A stretch of DNA of 64,000 nt, taken from NCBI GenBank assembly GCA_035221665.1, contig JAVHYY010000238.1, forward strand, positions 1-64,000. The letters run 5' to 3'. Below the pieces are notes generated by a model. The model searched no databases. It was not told the DNA's origin and worked only from the letters and a program-made list of their open reading frames with translations. The stretch comes from Okamejei kenojei (Eukaryota). Positions 1 through 13,224 of this stretch are shown in pieces (positions within the stretch are counted from its first letter, which is position 1; every line of letters begins with the position of its first letter). The position numbers and the translations under genes were made by a program.

Positions 1-420
1 CCCCTAATTTGTGGAATGACATTCGTCTATAGAGGAGTACAGCGAGGTTTACAACGTTAATTCCGATGGGGGACTGTCTACGCGAGAGAATGAGCGCTGT
101 CTTTACCCTCTGGATTTAGAAGGATGAGGGAATCTTATTGAAATCATATCAGATTGTTAAAAGGCTGGAAACATGTTCCCGAGTGGGAGTCCAGAACCAT
201 GACCACATTTAAAAATAGGTATAGCCTTAGAAAACGGAGATGAGGAACACTTTGTCTCCAGAGGCTGTGAGTCTTGAATTCTCTGCCCCAAAGGTGTTCC
301 GGTGTCTCTGGATACTTTCAGGGAAGCTAGATAGCTCTAAAGATAGCGGGATCAGGGGATTGGAGAAGCAGAAGGTGTACTGGATTGAGGTGATCAGCCA
401 TGATCAGATTTGAATCCCGG
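1..420 (+). mobile_element. CR1 LINE 3' fragment (degraded/noisy)
   Basis: Matches the RT C-terminus and 3' UTR of the CR1 at 34370-34850 (e.g. GATCAGCCATGATCA), with many indels. Confidence 0.8.
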
Positions 421-879
421 GGACACAGGCCGTTGGACTGCGGTACTCGCGGCTGCTGTGGGGGTGAAAGTCCAAGCATTTTGTGAAATCCCTGAAGATC
501 TGACTGGAGAATTGAGTCCATAGTCTGAGAGCACTGCAGGGGCTCGTGGACAAGAAGTGGCGAGTTTAGTTTTTGAATGACCATGGCTGAGGTTGGGGTA
601 CTGACAGTCGATTTCGAATCATCTGATAGAATTGCCTAAAACCACTTATTGTTTTGCCGGGGGGGGGTGCCACCTCAAAGAGTCGGCTGCTACTGTGGGT
701 GCAGAAGAATGGTTGCTTTCTGTTGGTATGGGGTTTAGCTATTGCAAATCGGGCAGCAGCAACTTTGAGAATGTATCAGCCATGTCAGCCAAAAGCATAC
801 CTTTTGGCAATGTGGGAGGTTCTGCAGTGGGATGGCCCCCAGGGACAATAATCAAAGTACGTGCTGTGAAGATCTTCCA

Positions 880-1220
880 ACAAAGAGCCCAGGAGCCGTT
901 GTGAGAGAGGGTGGAGTACCTGGAGCCTGTGAGGTCCCAGGGAGCCGTGGTGCGAGAGGGTGGAAGCACCTGGAGCTGTGAGTATAACTCATCATCGCGG
1001 GGCTTGCTTTCACAGAGGCCCAGGAGCTGTGGTGAGAGGGTGGAGTACCTGGAGCTATGAGTAATAAAACACATCGCGGGGCTGCTTTCACAGAGGCCCA
1101 GGGAGCCGTGTGCGAGAGGGTGGAGTACCTGTAGCTGTGAGTATAAAACACAATCACGGGCTTGCTTTCGACAGAGGCCCGGAGCCGTTGGGAGAGAAGT
1201 GGAGTACCTGGAGCTGTGAG
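880..1220 (+). repeat. ~80-bp tandem monomers, probable CR1 5' UTR array
   Basis: 4-5 copies of CACAGAGGCCCAGGAGCCGT..GAGAGGGTGGAGTACCTGGAGCTGTGAGT. Shares CGCGGGGCTTG..CAGAGGCCCA..GGAGCCGT with the monomers at 30223-30650. Confidence 0.65.
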
Positions 1221-1289
1221 ACCAACATCTTGTGCAACGTCATCTCACTTCCAAAGAAAGAATCTGTGGAAGCCCACTGAATTGGTGAA

Positions 1290-1935
1290 GAAAGCCCTTT
1301 GGTGTGCTGGCCTTTATAAATCAGAGCATAGAATATAGGCGTAGGGAAGTAATTTAAAATTTACAAGCATTGGTAAGACCAATTCTGAGTAATTGTGTAC
1401 AATTTTGGTCGCCGAATTATAGAAGATGTCAACAAAATAGAGAGATTACAGAGGAGATTTACTAGAATGTTGCCAGGGTTCCAGCAACTATGTTACAGAG
1501 AAAGGTTGAACAAGTTAGGTCTTTATTCTTTGGAGGCGCAGACAGGTCAAAGGGGGGGAAACTTGATTGAGGTCTTAAAAATAATGATGAAAGGGATAGA
1601 CAGAGTTGAATGATATGTTTTTCCCTCCATTGAGGTAGGAAAGATCAAACAAAGGGCATGTCATGAGAATTAATGGACAGAAGTTTAGGGTTAACGTAGG
1701 GGAACTTCTTTTTACTCAGGGTGTGGCTGTGTGGAATGACTTCCAGCAGAAGTGGTGGAGGCAGGATCGATTTTAACATTTAAAAGTAAAGTGGATAGGT
1801 ATATGGACGTGAAGGGAATGGAGGGGTATGGTCTGAGTGCAGGTAGATGGGACTAGGGGAAAACAAATGGTCGGCATGGACTGGAAGGGCCGAGAGGGCC
1901 TGTTTCCGTGCTGTAATTGTTATATGGTTATATGG
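1290..1935 (+). mobile_element. CR1 LINE 3' fragment (different subfamily)
   Basis: Translates to ERLQRRFTRMLPG...YRERLNKLGLYSLE; ends in a (TATATGGT)n-like tail. Confidence 0.8.
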
Positions 1936-1936
1936 T

Positions 1937-4350
1937 GGTAGAGGACCCGAGGAAGCAGCTGATTGGGTGCAACCCCGGGTTTACAATTTTTACATTTCTG
2001 CCTTCAGGTTTGAGGATTCTGGGAGTTAAGGATTCTGGGAGTTAAGGATTCAGTATTAATTAGTAAAGTTTAAAGGATAAGTTTTGTGTTTTTTAATATT
2101 TAATACAGAGTTATTTGGGAGTAAGGTATGTCAGTAGTGATCGGCCCCATGGTTTGTTCAGCCTGCAACATGTGGGAGATCAGGGAGAAGGTCGGTATCC
2201 CGGGTGACTACATTTGCAGGAAGTGTGTCGCATTGAACGATTGGCACTGCGGCTGGATTCATACTGGAGCATCCACGATGCGGAGAAAGTCGTGGATAGC
2301 ACGTACAGCGAGTTGGTCACAGCCGAAGGCAAAAAGGTAAGAGGACAAAAAGGGAACGGGTGGCCAATAGCCAGCAAAGCAGTAGGCAGGTAGTGCAGGA
2401 GTCCCCTGCGGTCATGTCCCTCCTAAACAGGTATAGCATTTTGGATACTGTGGAAGAGAGATGATCATCAGGGGAATGCAGCAGCAGCCAGGTTCATGGC
2501 ACCTGGGTGGCTCTGCGGCACATGAGGGGGAAAAAGAGGGAAAGCGCAACTATAAATAGGGCATTCAATTTTCAGGGTGAAAAAATCAGGATGGTATGTT
2601 GCCATCCCTGGTGCGAGGGTCAGGGATGTCAAACGCTGCAGAACATTCTGGAGGGGGAGGTGTGAACAAGCATCGTGTGGGTGCATATTGGCACCAACGA
2701 TGTAAGTAAAAAAAGGATGAGGTTCTACAAGGAGAATTTAGTAAGATGAAAAGTGGCTCAAAGGTTCAAATAATTCTGGATTACTACCAGTAGACAGTCT
2801 GCAGATGGCTGCACTGTCTCAAATAGGACGGTCTGTCCTTGGGGGGAGTGTTTGCTAGTGGCTGTAGGGGGATGATTAAACTAATGTGGCAGGAGGATGG
2901 GATACAAGAGCAGAGAGGTAGGTGGGTGTAAAGAGGGTGAAGCAATAGGTTACCAAGGTGAAAAGGTTAAAAGTGGCAGGCAGACGACATAAACCAGCAT
3001 TAATGAATTAAGCCTGCATGCTAGTGTCCTCATATGCAAGGAGTATTCGTATAAGGTGGACAAGTTTGAAACGTGCAGATGCAGGTTAGTATTATGCTTA
3101 TCACGGGAAGACACATCTCCAGGTGACGTAGGCTGGAGCTGAACATTCCACACGGATATTCAATATGCAGGAGGATAGAGAGAAAGGAAAAGGAGGTGGG
3201 TGTAGCGTCTGCTGGTTAGAGAGAGATTAACGCAATGGAAAGGAAGGACATACGCGTGAGATGTGGAACGGGTATGGTAAGTGCTGCAAAACACTAAGGG
3301 GCAGAAAAACGCTGGTGGGTGGTTGTGTACAGGCCACCTAACAGATAGCAGTGAAGGGGGAGTATCAAACAAACAGGAAATTAGAATGCGTGCGACAAAG
3401 GCAAAAACAGTTAAAGGTGACTTCAAATCTAATATATGGGTGAATCAAATTGGCAGGGTGCTGGAGGAAGAGGGAGGGGGGGTACGCAGGATAGTTAGCA
3501 ATCTAACATAGAGGAAACCACGAGAGAGCAGGCTATTTAGACTGGGTTTGAGTAATGAGGAAGGTAGTTAGCCGTATTGTTTGTACGTGGCCCCCCTTGG
3601 GCAAGAGTGACTCATAATAGGTTGAGTTCTTCATTAGGATGGAGAGTGACATTGTTAATTCAGAAACAATGGTTCTGAACTTAAAGAAAGGTATCTTGTT
3701 TGAGGGTATGAGATGTGAATTGGCCAAGATTGACTGGCAATTAATTCTAAAGGGTTGACGGTGGATATACAATGGAAGACATTTAAAGACTCCACATGGA
3801 TGAAGTTGACAAAAACTTGTTCATCCCAGTTTGGGCAAAAAGAATAAATCGGGGAAGGTAAAGTGCATCCGTGGATAACAAGGGAAATCGGGGATAGTTC
3901 AAAAGCAAAGGATGTGTATAAAGTAGCCAGAAAAAACAGCATACCAGAGGACTGGGAGAAAATTCAGAGACCCAGCAGAGGAGGACAAAGGGCTTAATTA
4001 GGAAAGGAAAAATAGATTATGAAAGAAAACTAACTGGCAGGGAACATAAAAAACTGACTGCAAAAGTTTTTTAGGGGATTTGTTGAGATATGTGAAGAGA
4101 AAGAGATTAGTTAAAAACAAATGTAGGTCCCTTGCAGTCAGAAGCGGGTGAGTTGATCATGGGGAACAAGGATATGCGGACCAATTGAACTAACTAACTT
4201 TGGATTCCGTCTTCACTACATAAATAATCTGCGGAAATAGCAGGGGACCGCGGGTCACAAGGAGGAATTGAGTGAAATCCAGGTTTAGTCGGGAGTGGTG
4301 TTGGGTAATATTGAATAGATTAAAGGCCGATAAATCCCAGGTCCAGATGG
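1937..4350 (+). mobile_element. CR1 LINE 5' portion (UTR, ORF1, endonuclease), 3'-truncated and indel-rich
   Basis: Colinear with 30715-33350 (GAGGACCCGAGGAAGCAGCTGATTGGGTGCAACCCCGGG; GPMVCSACNMWEIRE; ...RLKADKS). Confidence 0.9.
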
Positions 4351-5038
4351 ATGTTCATTACATCTTTGCACGACATTGGTATATACTGAGCGTTGTCATG
4401 GAATCACTGTTGTGGACGGTGAGTCGAGTACACAGGCAATGTATGATTTGCCTGTCTTCCTGCAGGTGCTCCGGTTGTGGTTCTGCTGAAATTGGGACTG
4501 TTTCAGTCAGTGCCTCATGGCAAATTGTGGGCTCGGGCGCATAGAGAGAGTTGTTGTGACTGGTCCGCGGCCCTGTTGCCACGAGCGCCGGCAGCACCGG
4601 ATAAAGTGGCCTTAATACTTTTTACAGTATGGCAAGTTTTCTCATAAGTGGGGCATTGCACACAGAAGAATTTCGGGTGTGAGCCATCGCAGTACGACAG
4701 TTATGGAGCAGCCCCTGGGTGGGCGGCATCTATGAAAATTCCGAATTCCACTTCGAAGATGCGCCTACCTTCGGCAAATTCGAGTCGAACATTAAAGATC
4801 TGGTTTACGACCCTACATAATAAGCGACGATGGTTCGTTGTAAAAAAAAAAAACTAAACTAAAATTAATTCGGGCAAAAGGGGGTCGGAGACTGGCTCAA
4901 TCCACTTCTGACACCATGTTAATGATTAATCCAAACTAACACACATGGCTAAAAGATCAGCTTTATTCCACAAGTATACAGGACATTTAAACTGCAGCGC
5001 ATTCTCATTCAGCTCAGCCATGGGCTTGTGTTGGGAGT

Positions 5039-5088
<50 letters not shown>
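5039..5088. repeat. (GA)n microsatellite
   Basis: Seen directly. Confidence 0.95.
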
Positions 5089-5091
<3 letters not shown>

Positions 5092-6309
5092 AGCAAGCTG
5101 ACCATGCTAATGTAAAGTGTAGTCGGTACCATAATTCCATGTAAACGGTGGCATGCACACTATGTGTAGTGGAGATTATAATGGCATGGATCAATAAGGG
5201 TTAATCTACAAACCTCACTTTCATTAGCTCATCTCCGATTTGGCAACCGCCAACTTTGTGGTCTAGGTTCCAGGTGTTCTTTTCGTCGCCCTCATCTCTT
5301 CTTCTGTCGCCTCATCTCTGCTCTCAGCTGTTCTTCTTGTCACCCTCATCTCTCCTACCTTCAGCTGTTCTTCTTGTCGCTCAAACTGCATGTTTCTTCT
5401 CCAAGGTATTCAATTCTATTGAGAGAGTGCAGCTAGATCAACTTCTAGCTTCCATTCAAGCAGAGGCCCTTGATGCTGAATGGTTATAGAACCAGATTTA
5501 TGTCCTATACTATCTTGTGGTGTAATCACCTCTTCCATTCCAGCACATTTTTGCGTAGCTTCTTTCAATGTTGGTATGTAAGTTGTGGTATAATGTCAGT
5601 TAACCACCATTCCACCTCTTCCATGAAATCATCAAATAACTTCACCATTTCTTCCCACCACTGGTGTATATTTCACGTTCTCCTGAGGCAACTGAGAACA
5701 CGCAGCAGTACATTTTTGTTTCTCACCAACGTCCATTGTCAGGGTTGAATAGTTGAACGAGATTCATTCAGGTAGGCACTTGGGGCCATATCTGCTTCTT
5801 AATACCTTGGCCTCACTCCACCATCTTGTGGACCTCCTCTTCACCTGCTCCATCTTGCGGCTCCATGGATTTTAACAGATCTTGGCAGAAGATTGCCAAA
5901 TCTGGATTTAGACAAAACAGGGGGTCCTTCAATTTTGCTCAGTCCACCATTGATAAACATAGGTTGAATGTTTCTAAAAACATCAGTAAGAAAACGATAA
6001 CAAATGTGGACTTTCAGACAACATCCAAAATGGTTTTTCGTAGTACAGAAAGTGACTGTCAGTTAGAAAGAATGTGTATTATCTTGACTCAAAACCAACT
6101 CAAGGACAATCCCCTGGATCAATCCAGGCTGGCTAGCGATCAAGCTTCTGGCTTCTTTCCAATCTTTAGCAGAACTAAACTTCTCCAGACTCTTCAGAAG
6201 CCGTTCAAAGTAAACATTCCAGCTTCTGAATTCAGCATAGTATAATAGTTTGTTCTACACATGATTCTGGGCAGTGGGCAGGTGCTATAGACCTGCACAG
6301 TGAAGGTAG

Positions 6310-6720
6310 ACGCCCCGTCCCATGAGTCTTCGGGCAGATGGGGCTTGTCAGCCTGGGAAGGCAGTCCATCTAGGAGAAGGAAAACTCTGATTTAAAAACC
6401 TCACTGCCTTGGGCTATATACCAGTCATGAAAAGGCTCCAGGAGTAAACCTTAAGAAAATCCGGAGTCGGAGCCCCTAAGGCAGTTCGTCGTTTTCCTAC
6501 AACCTCGCTCTGTCAGCTCCTGCATGGCGCCTGGTGCCAAACTGTAACAGACCTGCTGTTCCTTTGGAGCAAACAGTGACATTGAGAGGGGGGAACGCGT
6601 GCTGCACGGGCAAACAGCCTGTCCTCCATAAATGACATCGCCCAGGCTTGCATCCAACCAGGATGCATCACCCATGGTCAGTCATGACTGAGAAGGGCCT
6701 ACCAATTACACTACTACTAC
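6310..6720 (+). mobile_element. Non-autonomous RTE/Vingi-type short retroelement
   Basis: 5' hairpin GCCCCGTC/GATGGGGC, motif GGCAGTCCATCTAGGAGAAGGAAAACTCTGA recalled from RTE/Vingi-type 5' regions, and a (CTA)n tail. Confidence 0.5.
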
Positions 6721-7349
6721 CTCACGTTTCTTCTTTCGTGTGGCGTGCAGAGCTAAAGTCGTTGGACAACTTGTTCTATTTTGTCTTCCATTTGTGCATG
6801 TCGAGTTGATTGCATTTAGTCGAAACAGGGCGGACCACGTGAAGGTTGCAATCTTCCACCGCCCACCTACTCACGATTCCATGGTAAAGTCTTCTTCCCT
6901 TAGATAAGGCGCAATGAAATCTTGAAGCCTGGCTGGGCTGAGATCTATTTTCTTCAGTTTCTCTTTCCAAGGAACCAGTCTTCAGTTGTCATCTCTGTAC
7001 TAATGTTCAGGCGTAATCTCTCTCGCAGAGATCCAGCCCAATCTTCTGTCCCCTCTTCTACACCTCCTGTCTGTAAGGTAGCTTTCGACTTGATATAGTG
7101 GCAGATTATTATATTGTTCAAGGAATTGCTGCCTCCAGCCACACTAGAGAAGACAGGGGTGTGGAGACAGCGTCATTTTACGAATGGGAGCTCTCCATGA
7201 GACATTCAAAGCCATAGAAAGATAAGATCATTCAACACACAGTCTCTTGATTAATAGTTTATTTATTGTCAAAGTAAAACAGTAAGATATTCATCCAAAC
7301 TTCTTCTTGATAAGTACATTTTAACCTTAGTCAAACTCCAGCATGTGGC

Positions 7350-8981
7350 TTCTTCTTCTTCTGTCGTATGTCTTTTAGACCTGCAGCTCCTTGAGGAGAG
7401 CCAGGCCAACGTGTCATCGTCCAGTCAATCAGACCTCATACACCATTCGGTGGCTCGGTGTTTGGGGCAACTGGTGACTATGTGCTCCACTGCTGTGTTG
7501 GGTCCCCACACTCGCAGGAGGCGCTGTCCATGAGGCCCCACCTCTTCCATCGCTACTCCATACCTGTGTCCGCATGCCTGTCCTCAAGTGGTTGAGGTTG
7601 TCCACTGACTTTCGGGGCAGGTCCTGGCCCGGGACGTCCAATGTAATGGTGTAGCCAAGATGGTTCCGCTGACTTCCACTGTCTCTCCATCTCGTCTTGA
7701 GGCATCAGCCGAGTTGTGCAGAACAGCTCTTGGGCTTGGGTGGCAAAGGGGTGCCGTGACTTTGAGGCGTACTCGGTGTGGCTTTTCTCTGTGACGATCT
7801 GATGGAGGAGGTGGGAACTCACTGTTCTGTGCCTTTCGAGAGAGGGCCAGCGGCTGCTTCTCGTCTGATGTTGGCTGGGGCGGTTGCCAGCGAGGACAGA
7901 CAGTTGGTTTACTGTGGTGGCTCGTAGGCATCCGGAGACAGTCCGCAGGGCATTGTTGAGGGCAGCATCCAGCTTCTTGGTGTGATGGCTACAGCACCAG
8001 ACCGGGGCACAGTACTCGGCGGCTGAGAACACCAGGGCCACTGTGGACATGCGCAGTGTCTTCATCGTGGCTCCCCATGTGGTGCCGGCTAGGCGGCGTA
8101 TCAGTGCGGCAACGGCACTTGTCTTTGCCTTGGCACCTTCCAGGTGTTGTTTGAATGACAACATTCTGTCGAGCTTCACACCGAGGTACGTGGGGACAGG
8201 CTGGGACGTAACCGGGCGTTATCCACCATGACGTTCATTTCGTGGGTCGCTTCCTGTTGTTGAGGTGGAACATTGAAGATGTTGTCTTACCCATGCTGAG
8301 CTTGAGGTGCCAGTTCCTCAGGTATGAAGACAGGATGTTCATGTCTTCAGAGAGGCCCTCTTCTGCTGCTTCCCAGGATGGGTAGGATGGCCAGGTCATC
8401 AGCATAGCCATACTTCTTTGACTGGGTTGCAGGCAGGTCATGGATGTAGATGTTGAACAGCATTGGTGCAGCACTGAGCCCTGAGGGACGCTGTTCTTAA
8501 GTTTCCTCACACTGCTGCATTGCCCATTGCTGGTGTGTAGCCTGAAGCTGCGGTTGCTCAGCATCTCCATGATGAAGCTCACCATGTGCTTGTCTGGGAT
8601 GGTTTACAGAAGCTTCATGTGTAGTCCACGCAACCAGACAGTATCATATTGCAGCTGTGAGGTCCCAAGAAGACAGCGCCCAGCCTTCTCCCCTGCCTGG
8701 AAGCTGTCCCCAAAATCTTGGCACAGGAGGGTCACCTGGTCCGCCGTTGACCTACCACTTCTGAAGCCAGCCTGTTCTTTAGGCAGCTGGGGGTCGATCA
8801 CTGGATTGAGACGTGTGTGGAGGAGACGTACCAGGATCTTGTATGGAACACACAGCAGTGAGATGGGTCGTATCCCTGGAGTCATCGCTAGGCTTATTTG
8901 GCTTTTGGCAGAGCGATCACCTTAGCACGGCGCCAGATCGTTGGCTGCTTCAGGCAGCGGAAACACAATGTGCCTGCGAAA
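7350..8981 (-). mobile_element. Vingi/Ingi-clade LINE, 5'-truncated
   Basis: RT motifs RPISLLC, QAGFRSGRST, VPQGSVL and LAGTTWGA..TLR..ALVFSAAEYCAPVW; (GAA)n tail at 7350-7361; frameshifted. Confidence 0.8.
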
Positions 8982-9199
8982 CATTAGAAAAACGTCTTTG
9001 GTGTTGGAAAGCTCTGATCATTGGTCGAAAGCTATTCCATGCTTCCTTTGAACGAAATAAAAAACTACAAGCTTCTTCAAGAATCCCAGCAGCAAACACG
9101 CCTCCCACTACATAATAATCCCACCCACATAATTTCAGACAGACAACATTTAAAGGCAAATTCCAAAATTTATGACACACAAAATTAAGCCAAATGGCC

Positions 9200-9390
9200 A
9201 TTACACTCGCTCTCTCACACTCTCTTCACTCACTCTCATTCACTAACACTCTCTCACTCACTCTCATTCACTAACACACTCACTCACTCTCATAACTCAT
9301 CACTAACACACACACTCACTCTCACTCACTAACACAGTCACTCACACACACTCACTGTCACACTCTCTCTCTCTTCTCTCTCTCTCTGCA
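9200..9390. repeat. CA/CT-rich simple repeat
   Basis: Seen directly. Confidence 0.85.
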
Positions 9391-11789
9391 ACCATGTGCC
9401 TATGATCTCTAGTGAGCAAGTGTTTGAAGGGAGTTCACATACAAAGATCTGGAGTTCTACACTCTTTGTTTCCCGTCTTCCTTTATCCGGTCCACCTTAG
9501 CTGAAACACCAGTAACTAATATGTTCATCAGACACGGAATGCCCCGAACCATCCACCTGCATGAAAGTTTCAAAATCTCGGCCCTTTCTCTCAGCATTGA
9601 GTGCACTAATGTAAAAAGAAAATGTATCTACGGTATTGGACACAAATGTTAAACACAAATTGCCTGCGCATTCAGTGAAACTTTCTGTATGTATACTTTG
9701 TAAATAGTTTTCAATATTCCTTGTTTTTAATTTGTTGTTAGAAATTGCTATTATTAATGAATTTTCTGTGCATCAATTTGTTTTTTTGAAATAAAGTTTT
9801 GAGAAAATTTAAGGCACTAGGCTTTGGCGGCTGTTATTTTTCTGCTCTGAACCATAACCGCTGCTCTATGCATGTTGTTTATTTGTTGTTCTGAGTTTTG
9901 GTTCCATGGTCTGGATTAGGTATTGGCAGTACTGCCATCTCTTACACATCATCAGATCCAAGCACAGCGCCTGATTTCCCAATAAGCTGTTCACACACTA
10001 TCTATGTAACTCCCTTCAATAACATTATCGAGATAGTGGACACAAAGTGTGCTGGAGTAACTCAGTGGGCCAGGCAGCATATCTGGAGAAAAACTATGGG
10101 TAATTTTCTTTTTAGTTTCAGAGATACAGCACGGAAACCGTGGCCCCGGCGGCGGGGCCGAGCCCCACCGAGGGCCCTCCATGGCCTTCCAGCCTTCTCG
10201 ATCCAGCATTTGATGGTCCCACTCACACGCACTAATGTGCTATCCTACACCACACTTACTACTTAGACTTAGTTCCTCCCACTACTGTTAGAATGCATTG
10301 GGCAGCAAGGAGCTTTGGCCATTGTTTGGTTATGTGCGTAGTCGTCTTCCCTTAAAAGGTCCGCTCGGGGTTCGATCCTCAGGCTTTGAGGTTTTGGCAA
10401 GTCCCACAGGCTTGTTGCCAAATCCTACAGGAATATTTAAGTCCAAGGGGGGTTGTCCTCATGTAGCTTTGGTCGGCCTTTTTCCTGGGGTGAGCAGGGG
10501 GGGGGGGCTTAGTGGGTGGGAATACCCATGGGGTCAGGGGGGACGGAGAGGGAACGGGCTGCGGGAATGGGAGGGCTGGGTGAGGGGGGGGGGCATGAGG
10601 GATTGGGAGTGAGCAAGGGGCAAGTGGGGGCGGTGCCGGGGGGGGGTGGGGAGGGGTATGGCTTAGGGGGGGGGGTAATGGGGCGGGGGGGGTTGGCAGG
10701 GGGTGGTTTTATTCTGGGGGGTGACATTCTGGGCGGGAGTACACGGGACTGTTGGCCTGTTTGTTGGTTGGCATTTCATGTATGGGGGAGCGGGAGGTAA
10801 TGCTGCTCGGTCACAATCGAATTGGGACCATTGGCTTGTTTTAGGCATATGTTGGCTTGGTGGATGTCGTGGCCTGCTGAGAGGCTTTGTTGGGGCAGTT
10901 TCCCTCCCGAGGTAAATAGAAAGGGATTTCTCTGCCTCGGTTTTGTGATTTGTGCTCTCTGGTAGCTATTTGAGTCCCTCTTTAGGATCCTCCTCAAACA
11001 GCACAGCCGATTGTTGGGATGCATCCTTCCCCAATTTCCTCCCATTTTTCATCAGGTACATTGGATTTTTTTTGACTCATGTCCGTACACGAACAGTGCC
11101 CATAGTGTTATCGGAATTTTCTTTTTAGCTCTTGATATCCCACCTATTAGTTTGTTCGGGAAAACCCCCTATAGGGCGGTGTGTCCCCTTGTGGTATTTG
11201 TCTGATCGAGCGGGTGGCTTGTGGGGTGGGTGGTAGGCAGGGTGGCGTGGGCTGTAAAATGGTACCGCTTTAAATTAGGTATGGGGTGGGTGTGCCTCTC
11301 GGGGGGAAGGGGGATGTAATCAGGGGATATTCTTCAGTCGAGGTTGAGAGGGGGGGCCCGGGAAAGGGGGGGCAGTGCTACCTCGCTTTTGTTTCGTGTG
11401 GTGGTGGTGTTCGTCTACTGGGGTTTGATCCGGTCCACCTCCTTAATGTTTCTTTGAAAAGTTGAATGTAATATTTTTTTTGTTCATTCAGACACTCCTC
11501 GGGGGGAATGCATTTTCGGAGGAACCATCCACCTGCTATGAAAGGTCACAGGGATGAAAGTTTTCAATATCTCGGCCCTTCTTTCTATCCTCAGCATTTG
11601 AGGAAGCCCTTGTTTTGATCCTTTAACGTGTAATAATATCCAGACGCCCTGTGTTAAGTCCCGTGTTTACTTTTTTTTTTTAAGGCAGCAGCCGCTCTAC
11701 CGCCGCGGGTGACGCTTTATTTCGGGTCCAGGACTTTCCTTCAGACTGAAAAATACGAGGGGGGGTGGGCGAGGGAAGGCGGCCAAACT

Positions 11790-12910
11790 GGAGGTTAAAT
11801 AAGATTAGACTAGAAACATTTTAGAAAATTAGTGGTGAAGGAATAGGAATAGGCCATTCGACCCTTATGAGCTTTAGGTGCACCGCCATTTAAATATGAT
11901 CATGGCGGCTACCTGATCGTCCCCCAAAATAATCAGTATATAAATCCATATAACAATTATCAGCACGGAGTGGAACAGGCCATCTCGCGGGTCCTTCCTA
12001 GTCATGCCGAGCACTTATCCGTCTCACCTAGTCCCATCTACCTGCACTCAGACCATAATCCCTCCATTCCTTTCTTGTCCATATACCTATCCAATTTATT
12101 TTTAAATGATAAAAATCGAACCTGCCTCCACCACTTCCACAGGAAGCTCATTCCACACAAGCTACCACTCTCTGAGTAAAGAAATTCCCCCTTCATTGTT
12201 ACCCCCTAAACTTCTGTCCCTTAATTCTCAATCATGTCCTCTTGTTTGGATCTTCCCTATTCTCAATGGAAAAAGCTACGGGGCTCCATTGACGGGTTGA
12301 ATGAACGCGCGTCAATATCCCCCTCTGTAGGTCTCTGTTATCCCTCTCATCATTTTTTTTTAAAGACCTCTATCAAGTCCCCCCCTTCTTTAACCTTCTG
12401 CGCTCCAAAGAATAAAGACCTAACCTTGTTCAACCTTTCTTTGTAACTTAGAGTGCTGAAACCGCGGGCAACATTCTAGTAAATCAGAATTGACTGTGTC
12501 TTTGTTACAATTCTATTAGGCAAGAACCAGGGGAATTTTGTGCTACACCATACTCCAGAATTGCGGGCCTCACCAAATGCCGTTTGTACAATTTTTTAAA
12601 CATGTACATCCCAACTTCTAACTCAATGCTCTCCTGATTTTTTATAAAAAGGCTAGCATACCAAAAGCTTTTCTTTACCACCCCTATATCTACATGAGAA
12701 TTCCACTTTCACCAGGGAACTATGCACAGAGTGTTATTCCTTTGATCCCTCTGTTCAACTGCATTCCTCAATTCATGTCACTACCATTTACCATGTATGT
12801 CCTATTTTGATTTGTCCTGCCAAGATGTAGCACCTCCACACTTATCAGCATTAAACTCCAGCTGCTATCTTTCAAGCCCACTCTTCCAAATGGCCTAAAT
12901 CACTCTGTAG
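11790..12910 (-). mobile_element. CR1 LINE 3' fragments (noisy)
   Basis: Reverse complement of the CR1 3' end seen at 1290-1935, plus RT C-terminus. Confidence 0.75.
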
Positions 12911-13224
12911 ACTTTTGAAAATCTATTTCATTATCCATGTTCCTGTCCCTGCTTTCGCCCCATATCCCTGATTCCATTAAGCCCTAAGAGCCTAAATCTA
13001 ACTCTCTTGCACACACGGATCAGTATAGAACAAATCAGGGCTGGCAACAGATGACCAAGGAAGGGTGGGAGCCCATAATGGCCCATTGTTGCTGGGAAGA
13101 GGTGATAACGAAGGGATACAATTAACACATAATTTCTGACCCAAAACATTGCCTATCCATGTTCTCCAGAGATATTGTCCCACTCACTCAGATATTTTGT
13201 GTAGACTAGCATCTGCAGAGGAGC

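Noticed and set aside
6310-6400. HDV-like ribozyme at the 5' end of the RTE/Vingi-type element
   Set aside because: Only a simple hairpin could be folded by eye; the nested double pseudoknot could not be assigned.
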